Below are positions 1 through 11,100 of a DNA stretch of 32,000 nucleotides, piece after piece. This DNA comes from Zygophlyctis sp. KS116 (lineage: Eukaryota; Fungi; Chytridiomycota): NCBI GenBank assembly GCA_054661495.1, contig BAAFSQ010000022.1, forward strand, positions 30,001-62,000, written 5' to 3'. The notes under the pieces were generated by a model. The model saw only the letters and a program-made list of their open reading frames with translations. It was not told the DNA's origin and did no database searches. How positions within the stretch are numbered: position 1 is the stretch's first letter; the number at the start of each line of letters is the position of its first letter. The translations under genes and the position numbers were made by a program.

Positions 1-871
1 GGTAATATCCAACCTAGAATAAGATTTAAAATAAACATACTTGTGCTTTGTTTTTGGCTTTGGAGGTTCAAATGGACAAGTTAAAATGGCAATTTTAGCA
101 TCCTTTACTGATTTTGGCATTTGAGGATGTGACATTTCTTTATCCACAACCACACCATATACTAAACAAGAATCCGCAAGCGAACCACCCATTTTACCAT
201 CAACCTTTATAAGTTCAAAATCTACATCCTTTCTCTCCAAATCAGCGACTGACAACACTGCATCTACAGCCATTTCAGCAAACTGGTCATGACATTTAGA
301 AACACTAAAATAATTATAATTTTCCTGATTACATTTTACTTCCAAGACAAGTCTTTGCAGTTTTTAGCAAAACTTCACGATGTCCTTTATCAAACTCTAC
401 CACATCAGCTACTTTTTCCAAGTGTTGAACAGCAACTTGACAAGCTCTTTCGAATCCATCAGAAATACGAATGGGATGAATACCCTTGTCCAAAAGTATT
501 TGAGCCTGTTCGAGTAAAGCCCCAGCAAGAACTACAACTCCGGTAGTTCCATCACCGATTTCATCATCTTGAGACTTGCTCAGCTGAACCAATAATTTTG
601 CAATTTGATGTTCGACCTCCATCTGACTCAGAATAGTTGCACCATCATTAGTGACTGTTATATCTCCATCGGGGGAAATAAGAATCTTATCAAGGCCTCT
701 TGGCCCCAATGAAGTTTTTAGGATTTCAGCAACGGCTTTAGCAGCAAGGATGTGCGACTTTTGCGCTTCCAGCCCAGAGATTCTAGACTTTTTTCCCTGG
801 TCGCGAACTATCACAAAGGGTCTCCCATACTCATCTGTTGTATAGACTGCATCCATATTGTCTTGGGTCAT
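1..871 (-). CDS. CCT5: T-complex protein 1 subunit epsilon (CCT5), partial; the 3' part lies outside the window
   Basis: Motifs [32 protein letters not shown] and [15 protein letters not shown] introns at 305-332 (28 nt) and 14-40 (27 nt) restore the frame ([18 protein letters not shown]). Confidence 0.96.
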
Positions 872-1007
872 TTTAATTTTTTTTCTGGAAAGCGAATAAG
901 AGCGAATAAAAGTTGTAAGCGTTTTATAAAGTGAGAATTTAAATCCTTTTATATGGGAATAAAATTACATAGTATCACTAAAATGGTTTGTATGAAAGGA
1001 ATTCTAT

Positions 1008-2042
1008 TCAAAACAAAAACTCTCCATCGACAGTATCAGGAATAAATAATTCATACTCTGAGTGTTTGATTCTAAAAGAGAAACGAGGGCGATCAGCGTC
1101 TTGTTTCTTTCCGGCAGTTGAATCTATAATTTTAAATATATTTTTTAAATACAATGACCTGGTCCAGGAGTTGGCTTTTTAATTGACTTTCCTTGTTTAC
1201 CTTGTGTAACATAAGAATATCCAAGATAAAATGGAGATTGTAAATCATTTTCCCATTTACGTCCAAGAGAATATGCTGGAGGTGCTTTTTTAAGTTGCTT
1301 TAGATTAAGCGCAGAGTATGCTGCAGGTCCTGGTGAACCAATTACAACTTTAGGTAAACTTTTCAAATAAGTACATTTTCCAGGATGAGATGTCATAATA
1401 CTGAAACTAGGAGAAGCAGGAATAGTAATAAGAGGATGTGCTCCAATTGTAGAACCTACAGAGTCTAAAACATTACCTTAAAAAATATTACACTGTGCAG
1501 GCCCAGGATTAATGTTTGGTTTAATCATCTCTTTTCTACCTTGAATGGAATAAGCTGGAGCTTTTGGTTCTTTTATAGAAACAAAAGTAGGATTATAACG
1601 TCCGGGTCCTAAATTTCTTAATTGGAGAATATTACCTGGTGTATCTTTTCCTGGGCCATCAATCGCATCACCTTATATTTAAATACAACTATTACCTTTT
1701 TTATATCTACTTTGTAAAGAAAATGCTGGGCCTTTATTTTTTCCCATTCTAGTCGTTTGAGGGAAAAATGTGTTCGGACCTGGAGTCTGATAAGTATCTA
1801 TAATCAGTTTTATAAAAGTTACATTTCTTTTCAGTTAAATCATAATCAATCTTTGTCCCAAAAGAATAAGCGGGTGCTCTCTTTCCTGTCTTGGCATTCA
1901 ACCCAAGTGTAGATGGTAATGTGTATGCTGCCGGTCCAGGACCTTTAAATCTTGCAGCGATTGCAATTGTATGATCTTGCTTATCCGTTGCAATTAGATT
2001 TGCTTTCTGATCCATTTTCGGCAATTGAGTTTCTGTAGCCAT
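1008..2042 (-). CDS. ODF3/SHIPPO-1-like axonemal protein with PGP(A/G)xY repeats
   Basis: Repeated PGPAAY/PGPGRY/PGPAQY/PGPGHY and PAYS motifs. Introns at 1798-1822, 1672-1695, 1609-1635, 1465-1491 and 1124-1152 join the ORF pieces through to a TGA at 1008-1010. Confidence 0.85.
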
Positions 2043-2196
2043 TTAAGATGTAAAACAATGTACGGCGTCATTCATGAATACATCATTTCAAGAGGCGTTT
2101 GTACCAAACCGACTTGGATAATACTGGAATATGGATGCAATTACAGTTTCTATGTTGGTGTCTTCAAGTCTGAAATTTTGACATTTTAATATTTTA

Positions 2197-3542
2197 ATGG
2201 TATCTCCACCAATGAGAAAGGGACTTTTGGATCTGAATAGAGATCTTTTTAACGTCACTCTAAAGATTAATGCATTGCCGATTGAGCCATCATTAGCAAA
2301 AGAGGCAATGATGGCTCTAAGAGATGGGTAGATTTATTATTCTAAATTTATAGATGGTTGCTTCATTTACCAAAGATCAAATCCATCGTTCAAGATCCGG
2401 ACTCTGATCAGAAACTGTTGTTATTAGATGCAAAAGTAAAATCAATAGATGAATTGCCTCAACAGATCCGGAAACTGTGCATCAAGGATTTTAAAGAATA
2501 CTCTATAAAACTTGGATATGAATATTGGTCTACTGAAGAAATACTTCGATCTATACTTCCTGATGAACTGGAAGTTCCTAGTTCATTTGAAACTATCGGG
2601 CATATTGCTCATATTAATCTAAGGCCAGAATATGATGATTATAAAAGAATTATTGGACAAGTTATCATGGACAAATCTCATCATATTAAAACAGTAGTCA
2701 ATAAAGTAGGAACAATTCATCATACATTTAGATATTTTGATATGGAAGTTTTGGCTGGTGAAAAACAGTTTGAGACAATGGTTAATGAAAGTAATTGTTG
2801 TTTAAAACTAGATTTTTCAAAGGTTTATTGGAATTCAAGACTTCAAAGTGAACATGATCGTCTAGTTTCGGGATTCAAAAAAGGAGATTTGGTTTGCGAT
2901 GTTTTTGCAGGAATCGGTCCTTTTGCATTACCAGCAGCAAAGAATAAAGACTGTTGGGTTTTTGCAAATGATTTGAATCCAACATCTTTTAAATATTTGG
3001 TTGAAAATATAAGATTAAACAAGGTTCGTCATAAAATTCTAAAAGAAATAGTTGGAAGGAAGAGTAAAAGCATATAATCTTGACGCCCGTGATTTTATAA
3101 AACAGGCAGTCCAAGATTTAAAAAATCCGTCAATAGTAGAGCAAATGATCAAGGAATCTGGTAAAAATCTATCAAAATATAGAAATAAGAAGCAAAAACT
3201 CGACTCTATTCAGGAAATCAAACGAACCAATTTTGATCATTTTGTAATGAATCTTCCTGCATCAGCTCCAACTTTTCTGGATGCATTTAAAGGAATATTC
3301 TCAAAAGATGATCAATTGCCAATGATTCATGTGTATTGCTTTTCAAAGTCTGAAAATCCTAAAAAAGACGCAGTTGAGGTATTTATTCAAACCACTAACT
3401 AAAATAGAATATTGAAAGGCTTTTAAATCTATCCATACAGAATGAATTAACAGTACATGATATCCGTGATGTTGCCCCTAAAAAACGAATGCTCTGCGTC
3501 AGTTTCCGATTACCCGAGACATTAGGATACTCTAAACTTTAA
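2197..3542 (+). CDS. TRM5: tRNA (guanine-N1)-methyltransferase Trm5
   Basis: Motifs [42 protein letters not shown] and [14 protein letters not shown]. Introns at 2328-2353, 3024-3051 and 3379-3407. Confidence 0.95.
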
Positions 3543-3873
3543 GTTTCTTTGCAAATCCACAAGTTTTACAAGTTTTTTGAATTCTTTTTCGAGGAGACTC
3601 TTGAATCTCAACCTTGCAAGTTTGTATATGCAATGGAGTATGGCATATTTTACAAACATCAGCTTTTAATTCAGGAACTAGTCTGATTTGTGTCTTTTGC
3701 CCAATAATTTTCATGCGTTGAACTAGAGATCTGCAAACTCCTAAATTTACATTTTTTGAGAGAGATTCCTGCTTCATTGAGAGAGCGACTGCAGCCTGAT
3801 ATAAATAATTCATTCTCTTTAATGCATCCTTTTGATCTGGAGACGGTTGAGAGCGATCTTTTCTTTTTCCCAT
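3532..3873 (-). CDS. RPP21: RNase P subunit Rpr2/RPP21
   Basis: RMNYLYQAA motif plus a CKIC...CKTC zinc ribbon; intronless 113-aa ORF. Confidence 0.85.
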   Translation of the reverse strand: MGKRKDRSQPSPDQKDALKRMNYLYQAAVALSMKQESLSKNVNLGVCRSLVQRMKIIGQKTQIRLVPELKADVCKICHTPLHIQTCKVEIQESPRKRIQKTCKTCGFAKKLKV

Positions 3874-4068
3874 TAAAAATTAGGATATGGCCTGCGGTTT
3901 CAAGAGATTGAACTTTAACTCTCTGTAATGAATGTTTAAAGAGACCATTAAAATTCCAAACGTTCATTGGGCGTTGAGTCTATCGGTCTGATCCAACATT
4001 GATACTTGATTTCAGATAATTGAATAGTGAATCAAAGACTTTATGAACCTACCTCTACACTTTTAGTA

Positions 4069-4251
4069 ATGAAAGTGGTTCGTCCATTAATTCAAAGAGC
4101 CCCCTGGAGACCTAGTTGGAAAGTATATGTTACTACTGGTCTACTAAGTTTTATATCTGGTAACTATAGATTTTTAAAATTAGGATCATATGCTCTAGGG
4201 CCTCTAATAGAAGAACATTTTAAATCAAAGGACGATCAACCGTTTACATAG
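4069..4251 (+). CDS. Single-TM microprotein of about 52 aa, PIGBOS1-like
   Basis: ATG at 4069 and a 24-nt GT-AG intron at 4160-4183 give MKVVRPLIQRAPWRPSWKVYVTTGLLSFISGSYALGPLIEEHFKSKDDQPFT. The family resemblance is judged by eye only. Confidence 0.55.
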   Translation: MKVVRPLIQRAPWRPSWKVYVTTGLLSFISGNYRFLKLGSYALGPLIEEHFKSKDDQPFT

Positions 4252-4329
4252 TATTTAATTTAAATTTAGCCCAATCCTTTCGACGTCATGAGTTCCTGAA
4301 TGACATTTCATTTTTAAATTTCCATAAGA

Positions 4330-4842
4330 ATGAGTTCCAGTAAAGATCAGATTCTTTCTACATCAAAGGCATCCTATAAGGTCCCAGAGATGTCTCATTT
4401 TGCCAATGATAAAATGGTTTACAAGTCTTACAAAGTCAAGGCGAGATCGGGCGGAGATGTAAGTTGCTTAATACTGAAAATAGTGGTGGGGAAATGGAGA
4501 GTCAAAAGAATCTGCGAATGCTCCAAAGGAATCAGTTTTATCAATTTATAAGGCAAGTTTCTGTAAAGACAAGGAGTTTGCCAAGCCAGCAAACGATTCT
4601 AAAGTATGGTTGGCTCATCGTAGAAAGAAGGCATTAATGACAAAAGAAATCAAGTCCTATAATATAATTACTGGTATGATTATTGATTTTTAAAGATTAT
4701 AGGATCTGAAACGTCTGCATTGCCTGCTGGATATCATGATCCAATGAAACAGCCCAAGCGAATTTCTTCTGATAAATTGCGTCATATTCAGGAAGCTAAA
4801 GATAGAAGATCTTACAATATTATCACCAATGCATGTTCTTAA
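4330..4842 (+). CDS. Small hypothetical protein with repeated SYNIIT(G/N) and SxxKAS(Y/F) motifs; possibly axonemal
   Basis: Introns at 4459-4483 and 4674-4702 give a continuous frame to a TAA at 4840-4842. Confidence 0.65.
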
Positions 4843-4978
4843 TAGATGTATGCAATGATTTTTAGATTATTTTGAATTCAAGAATGGGAATCTAAGAGTT
4901 ATGAGTAGTCGCGATAATTCCGATTGTAAATCTTGATTCTTATTTCCATTTTCTAAATAAATAACTGACTTATTGTCC

Positions 4979-7344
4979 ATGGAAGGAAGAAGTTCAGTAA
5001 TCGATGGAAGGAGCTCAATAGGCGCGTCGACAACAGGCAAGATATATCATTGGTTAATTTTAGGACGGTCCGATAGAGACGCTGAGGATTTTGTTCGTTA
5101 CTTGTTGGAAGGTTCGGGTGCAGAGGACAAAGTAGATTATGCTGCATTAAGGCAGGAACTGGAAAACACACCATCTAGGAGTATTATAAAAGACTCTATG
5201 AGTGAAAAAAGTGCATTATCTTTTCAGGGTAGAGAATGTTTAACTAAAATCAGAACAGTTTTTAGAAAGTTCTCTACAAGCTACAGATTTTAGTGAATCT
5301 CCTATTAAGGGAATGTCTTTTGATTATGCCAAGGATGCTTCAATTAAAATGTAAGTTTTCAAATTATTTATGTCAGGTCGACATTTGATCAAACGCCGAT
5401 AAAGAGGAACGATAGTGGGGCGTTAAATCAGTCCCAAGATGCTAAAGTATGCTTTCTGAAATTGATTTTAGGATGTAGTGATTCAATCTATTTCCCATCT
5501 AATGATGATGAATGGCTTCCCTCCGATTCATCCAAATCTCTATACCAAGCTTGGACAAGATGGACAGGCAGGGCTGGCTCTCTCTAGTAGTCAGCTCGAT
5601 GCATTGAAGAATACAATTTATGGGATTTTAGAAGAATATCAACGTAAAGTAGAGACAAATCAGAGGCTTATGCAGAGAGTCACAGAATCGGACAAGAATA
5701 GTCTGGAATTAAGTCTAAGAGCAAACGTATCAAAAACTCAACAGGATACGGTATTTCCAACTGTTTTCTTATTATAGCAAACCATCGGTGAAGCTAGGCC
5801 TAATGATATGGCTTTAAAACTGGCTCAGTTGCAGATCCAGCTGAATGAAAAAAATAAGCAGATATCCAAAATGGAATCAACCATCGATACTGTAGAGTCG
5901 GAAAAATCTAATTTAGAGAGAAAGGTATTGCCAACCATCGTTGATTTTAGATGCTTGAAAAAAGAAAAAAGAATGAAATCGCCATGGCTGAAATGATCAA
6001 ACAATTCAAATCTCATCGTGGAACTACAGATACTTTGGCATTGGATATAATAGATTACTATGAGGAGAAATTTAGTGATTATAACATCATACCGGCTAAA
6101 GAGCGACCGGCTCTCTTTGAAGATGAAATTAATGCTCGAAATGGAAAAAGCGATAATCCAACAGTTAGAGCTTTGGGAGAGCAAATTAACGTAGATTTAA
6201 GTTTACATAATATTTAGTCACTTAACGCCCAGTTAAATGCCACAAAAGCATCTCATGCAGAAGCTCTCTCAGAGATTGATATATTGAAGCTAAAATTACT
6301 TGCTAATAAGAAAGCTGAATGGCTTATGGAAGTATCCAAGACAAAGGGTGTGTTTATACAATTAATTTTCAGATTCAGGTGCAACTCGAGATTTGATTAA
6401 AAGAGACAAATTGAGATGGAAAACAAAATCATATCAGGTGGAAAACTTGAACGAAGATCAAACCAAAAAAATGCTTAACGTAATTTTCCAAGATATTAAA
6501 ATTATTTAGATGGCATGTGCTCGCCTTTCTATTGATAATCTTGAAAACTTTGAAGACAGTCTTGATAAAATTGAAAAAGTCATTAGATTAATACCTCAAA
6601 TGGAGATATTCATTTCAGAAGTTGAGCAATTAGTATCTAATTTACAAAACAAATTCATGAATTTGAATGAATCAAAGAGCATCTCGAGTACTTTAAAATT
6701 AAATCAGCTTCTATCAGTTATAAAATCATGGGCTAAGAGTATGGAAGAATATGCAGATCTAAAGGTAAAATCGTAAAGTTTTACTTTAGTCCTTTCATGA
6801 TCGTATCCATGTTCTTCTAAAAGTTTCACAGACCTCTGGAAGTGAAAATGTATGTATCACCCAACTAGAACAATTTTCAGGAAACTCTGAAATTGAGTAT
6901 AATCTGCCAGAGGTATATTGTTGTTTTTAATCAAAGATACCCATGTCTCAACAAGCAATAAATCACTTCCGTGATCTATTTGAAGTACGATCAGCCTCTG
7001 GAGTGATTCCTAAAATGAATGAAATTTACGTTTTTTGGGCTGAAGTCAATGCAGGTAGAATCATTCACTAATCTTTAGGTCTTGTCCGAATCCGAGAAGC
7101 TCTATCCCTAGATTCTTCTATTCAACCGGGAAGGTTATTAATACATGCGTATGAAGCACTGGAACACTTGTCTCTGGATAAAACAATGCCTTTACAATCT
7201 AGTAGATCAACAGAGACTATTATTAAAGAAATGCATTCACATCACGACCGAGACCAGCATTCCAAGATTGAAATGGATTCTAAAGACGAAGAGTTACTTT
7301 TAAATCGTGGTATTGATCTGTTAATGGGTCAACAGTCTATATAA
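4979..7344 (+). CDS. CEP70: Centrosomal coiled-coil protein, CEP70-like
   Basis: N-terminal HLMMMNGFPPI segment, coiled coils, and a C-terminal HFRDLFEV...GVIPKMNEIY segment that resembles the CEP70 C-terminus. About 12 introns of 24-30 nt. Confidence 0.7.
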
Positions 7345-7399
7345 TTCTTAATTTATAATTAAATACTCAACTTTTTTGAACTGATCTAACCTAGATAAC

Positions 7400-8066
7400 A
7401 TGCTCCCACTACAGCTATTGACTATGCTGGCCTTGCAAACTCTTGCTTTCAGTTTTCCTTTACATTTACCATTTGATTGTTCCATAATAGTCAAGATCTG
7501 GAAAGATCTTGGAGGTAAAACCAATCTGCATCCGCTGACTGTTACGCCGATTGGTAAAATATCATTTATAATTATAGGCTGCTGCATGCCCCCTGCTGCT
7601 CCTAATCATGAATATGAACTGTTGGAGTGGTTTTTTATAACCGATCTTCCAGGAGTCTACTGTGACGGAATATCTGCTAAATTTATAATTTGGGAAAATG
7701 ATGGACAAAATCGCTTATCTGGATCTCTTCCTAAAATGATTGGAAAGCTTGAAAATCTAGAATATTTGTATTTATAATTACTAAAAATCAGAAATATCGC
7801 TAATCATTCTATATCTGGGCCATTACCTCTAGAAATCACAAAACTTGTAAATTTAGAAAGACTGTTAGTTTTATTAATAACGTTAGGGATATTTCTAATA
7901 ATCTATTTTCTGGACGATTTCCAGAGAATATTACGCAATTGACACATTTGAAAATATTGTAATTTTAAATGATTAATATTATAGGCACATGGAAAATAAT
8001 AACTTTGAAGGATCGATTCCTCCTTTAAAAGAGTTGATGCCTAATTTGCATACATTTACTAGTTAA
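7400..8066 (+). CDS. Small secreted leucine-rich-repeat protein (plant-specific-type 24-aa LRRs)
   Basis: Hydrophobic signal peptide, Cys-containing cap and LSGxLPxxIxxLxxLxxL repeats. Introns at 7554-7577, 7768-7791, 7864-7886 and 7959-7984. Confidence 0.85.
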
Positions 8067-8151
8067 GATCTGGTAATTTTGTAGTCCAAGGTCAAGCTTC
8101 TCAGGGGAGTTTCGGACGAAATTAATTAAAATAATAAATTCAGAATTCAAA

Positions 8152-11100
8152 ATGTCTAGCCGTAGTGCACAATTGAAGCGTTTAAAAGAGTTGAGAGAAA
8201 CTGGTGCTAAACGGCTCTCAGAGTATACAGTGAATGAAGAAGATGCGGTTATTTTTGATAATGTTTCTGAAACAGAGTATAATGCCATTGCACTAAAGAA
8301 TTTACGAGAGGATAATTTCATTGTCGATGATAATGGAGAAGGATATGTTGATAATGGACTGGAAGATTGGGATAATATGAGTCATGGCTCGGAATCATCT
8401 GGTGAAGAAGAGGAGAGAGCGGCAAAGAGTAAATTTAACAGTAATTTAATTCTAGAGAAAAGGAAAAAGGATAAAGAGAAAAATTCAGTTCAGAATTTAT
8501 TAGCTAAACAGAATGCACAGGCGAGGCCCGCGCCTAAAAAACCAGTAGATGAGGCTGCTGATAAGGAGCTGCTAGTTAATATATTTAATGATTTGGATAA
8601 TGATTACAAAAAGGTAGAAGAAACTGTCAAGAAGAGAAAAGTTTCGGATATTCCAATTAAACGAAAAAAGACTGCAAATCAATTCTTTCCAGTTGAAGAA
8701 TCTTTGCCGGAAAAATCTGAAACTCTTCATGATTCTTTTGATGTCGTAAATGACTCGCCTGATTTAACCGTTGATAATAATGTGGAATCTCAACCCAGTA
8801 AAACTATGTCTGTTTTTGAACCGGTAGCTTTAAAGACTTCTGCTATTAAAATTTCTAAAAATGCTAAAAAGTCTAATAAATTTCTTCCAAAGTTTGAAAA
8901 GGAAGAAATAGAGATCAAAGAAGCGGATATTTCAAAACCTCTTACCAAAAATAATTGTCAGGATTGGAAAGATATCCAAAAAAACTTTGAATCTAATACA
9001 TCAGTTCAGGAAACTAGTTTTGAAGCTAATGTTATGAATCAAGATGTTCTCGAGAGCGATGGAAGTATGAATTTATATTGGATTGATGCCTTTGAAAAAT
9101 CTGGGCGGGTTTTTGTGTTTGGAAAGGTATTTATAAGGTCTTACTAACTTGGACAGGTCGCAATCAAGTCTTCATCACCACAACAATATGTCAGTTGCTG
9201 TATAGTTGTGGAAAATATTAAAAGGAATATATTTGTTCTTCCAAGACAGAGAATGCTTGATGGTGAATACTTACTGATTAAACATAGATTATAAAAATGA
9301 AACAGATCGTGAGGTCTCTATTTCAGATGTCTACCAAGAAATTGATGCGTTACGAAAGAAACACGATATAAAGGAATTCGATTCTTGCTGTGTAAGTCGA
9401 AAATATGCATTTGAAATACCTGGGATCCCTTCTGAGTCCGATTATTTGAAAGTTGTGTATCCTTTTGATGGTAAGAAAAATGGCGTAAAAGAAAACAGAG
9501 CCTGCTCTACCAGCTAAAATGAGCGGAAAATCATTCAGCCGTCTATTTGGAACTGGTACAGGTGCGTTGGAGCTTTTTCTCCTTAAAAGAAAAATGATGG
9601 GTCCTTGCTGGATCAAAATTACAGACTTGAAGCTAGTGAAACCAACTGTATTTGAACTTCATTAATTTTTATTTAGATTTCCTGGTGCAAAATTGAAGCG
9701 ATTGTAGGAGATCAGAAACGAATCAAGATTTTTAAGGAAGAAGATGAAAATGCTCCTAAATGTTCTCCTCCTCTTTCCGTAATGAGCTTGAATATTCGTA
9801 CAGTATTTGAACGGGGCGCAAATGAAATTGTAGCCTTGAGTGCAAATATTTACAAAAATGGTATACATTTTGATGTAAATAATTCTAGTTGGTATTGAAG
9901 AAACGTCTAAACCCATGCCAAATCCTGTTCGAATAACAGGCGTTCGTCAATTAAATGATGTTCCACTCCCTGTCGGTTTTTTAGAATCTATTAGACGACA
10001 GGGATCTCGTGTAGAAATGTTCAGAAACGAAAAAGCACTCCTTAATTTTCTTATTGGTAAATTTTTTTCCTGATTTGACATAGCAAATCTCAGTTTGCAT
10101 GATCCAGATATTATTGTGGGACATAATTTTATCGATTTTGATCTAGATGTGCTGCTTCATCGGATGAAAGCCTCTAAAGCCGAATTTTGGTCTCGTATAG
10201 GTCGTCTTCGACGAACAGCGTATGACTTTTTTATTAATTGGCTAGATGGCCTAAGTTGCAATCCGGTGCAGGAGGAACAGGAGATTCATCATATGCCGAA
10301 AGACAAATTGCAAGTGGTCGATTGATTTGTGATACTTACAGAGCTGCGCAGGTAATTTCGATTTGATATAATCCTAGGATTTAATAAGAGCAAAAAGCTA
10401 TAGCTTAACTAATTTAGCTGCAGATCAATTGAATATTAGTAGACCAAATATAGATTATGAAAAAATAAGCAGCTACTTTTGGGACAATGATCTCTTGGTT
10501 AATATGGTTCAGCATTTAGAATTTGATGGTTATTTAACGTTCCAACTGATGAACAAACTTCAAATTCTTCCTTTAACGAAGCAATTGACCAGTTTGGCAG
10601 GAAATTTATGGTTCGTCATTATAAAGTTAAACCTTTTAGGTCCAGAACGATGACAGGAGCCCGTGCGGAAAGAAACGAATATTTGCTTCTTCACGAGTTT
10701 CACGAGAAGAAATATATTGTCCCGGACAAATCAACGGGATTTAGTTATAGCGCAAGTCAAATCAATGATGACGATGGTAATATGATTTTTTTAAAAACAG
10801 ATGAGCCAGTACAATCCAAAAAAACAACAGGTAAAAGAAAACCTGCATACGCTGGTGGGTTGGTTCTGGAGCCGAAAAAGGGATTTTATGACAAATACAT
10901 CCTTATGCTGGATTTCAATAGTTTATACCCTTCAATTATTCAGGAGTTTAATATTTGTTTTACCACTATTCAGCGCTCTTACGAAAGCGAGGTATGTTCC
11001 TAACTTTCTTACTTAAAATAGGCAGATGTTATGCCTTCTGTACCCGACCCAGAACTGAAAAAAGGAATACTACCTAGACTTTTGGGGACTTTGGTAGACC

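Noticed and set aside
289-1182. Plus-strand ORFs (289-546, 651-845, 752-934, 988-1182) and similar short antisense ORFs elsewhere
   Set aside because: These are shadow frames of well-supported genes on the opposite strand, with no recognisable motifs.
1150-1945. Recurring CCAGG/GGACC-type repeats as a CRISPR array or DNA repeat
   Set aside because: They encode the PGP protein repeats of the ODF3-like gene; there is no constant repeat-spacer structure.
1008-7344. A dedicated flagellar gene cluster
   Set aside because: The ciliary genes are interspersed with unrelated housekeeping genes, and their density is not clearly above expectation for a zoosporic fungus.
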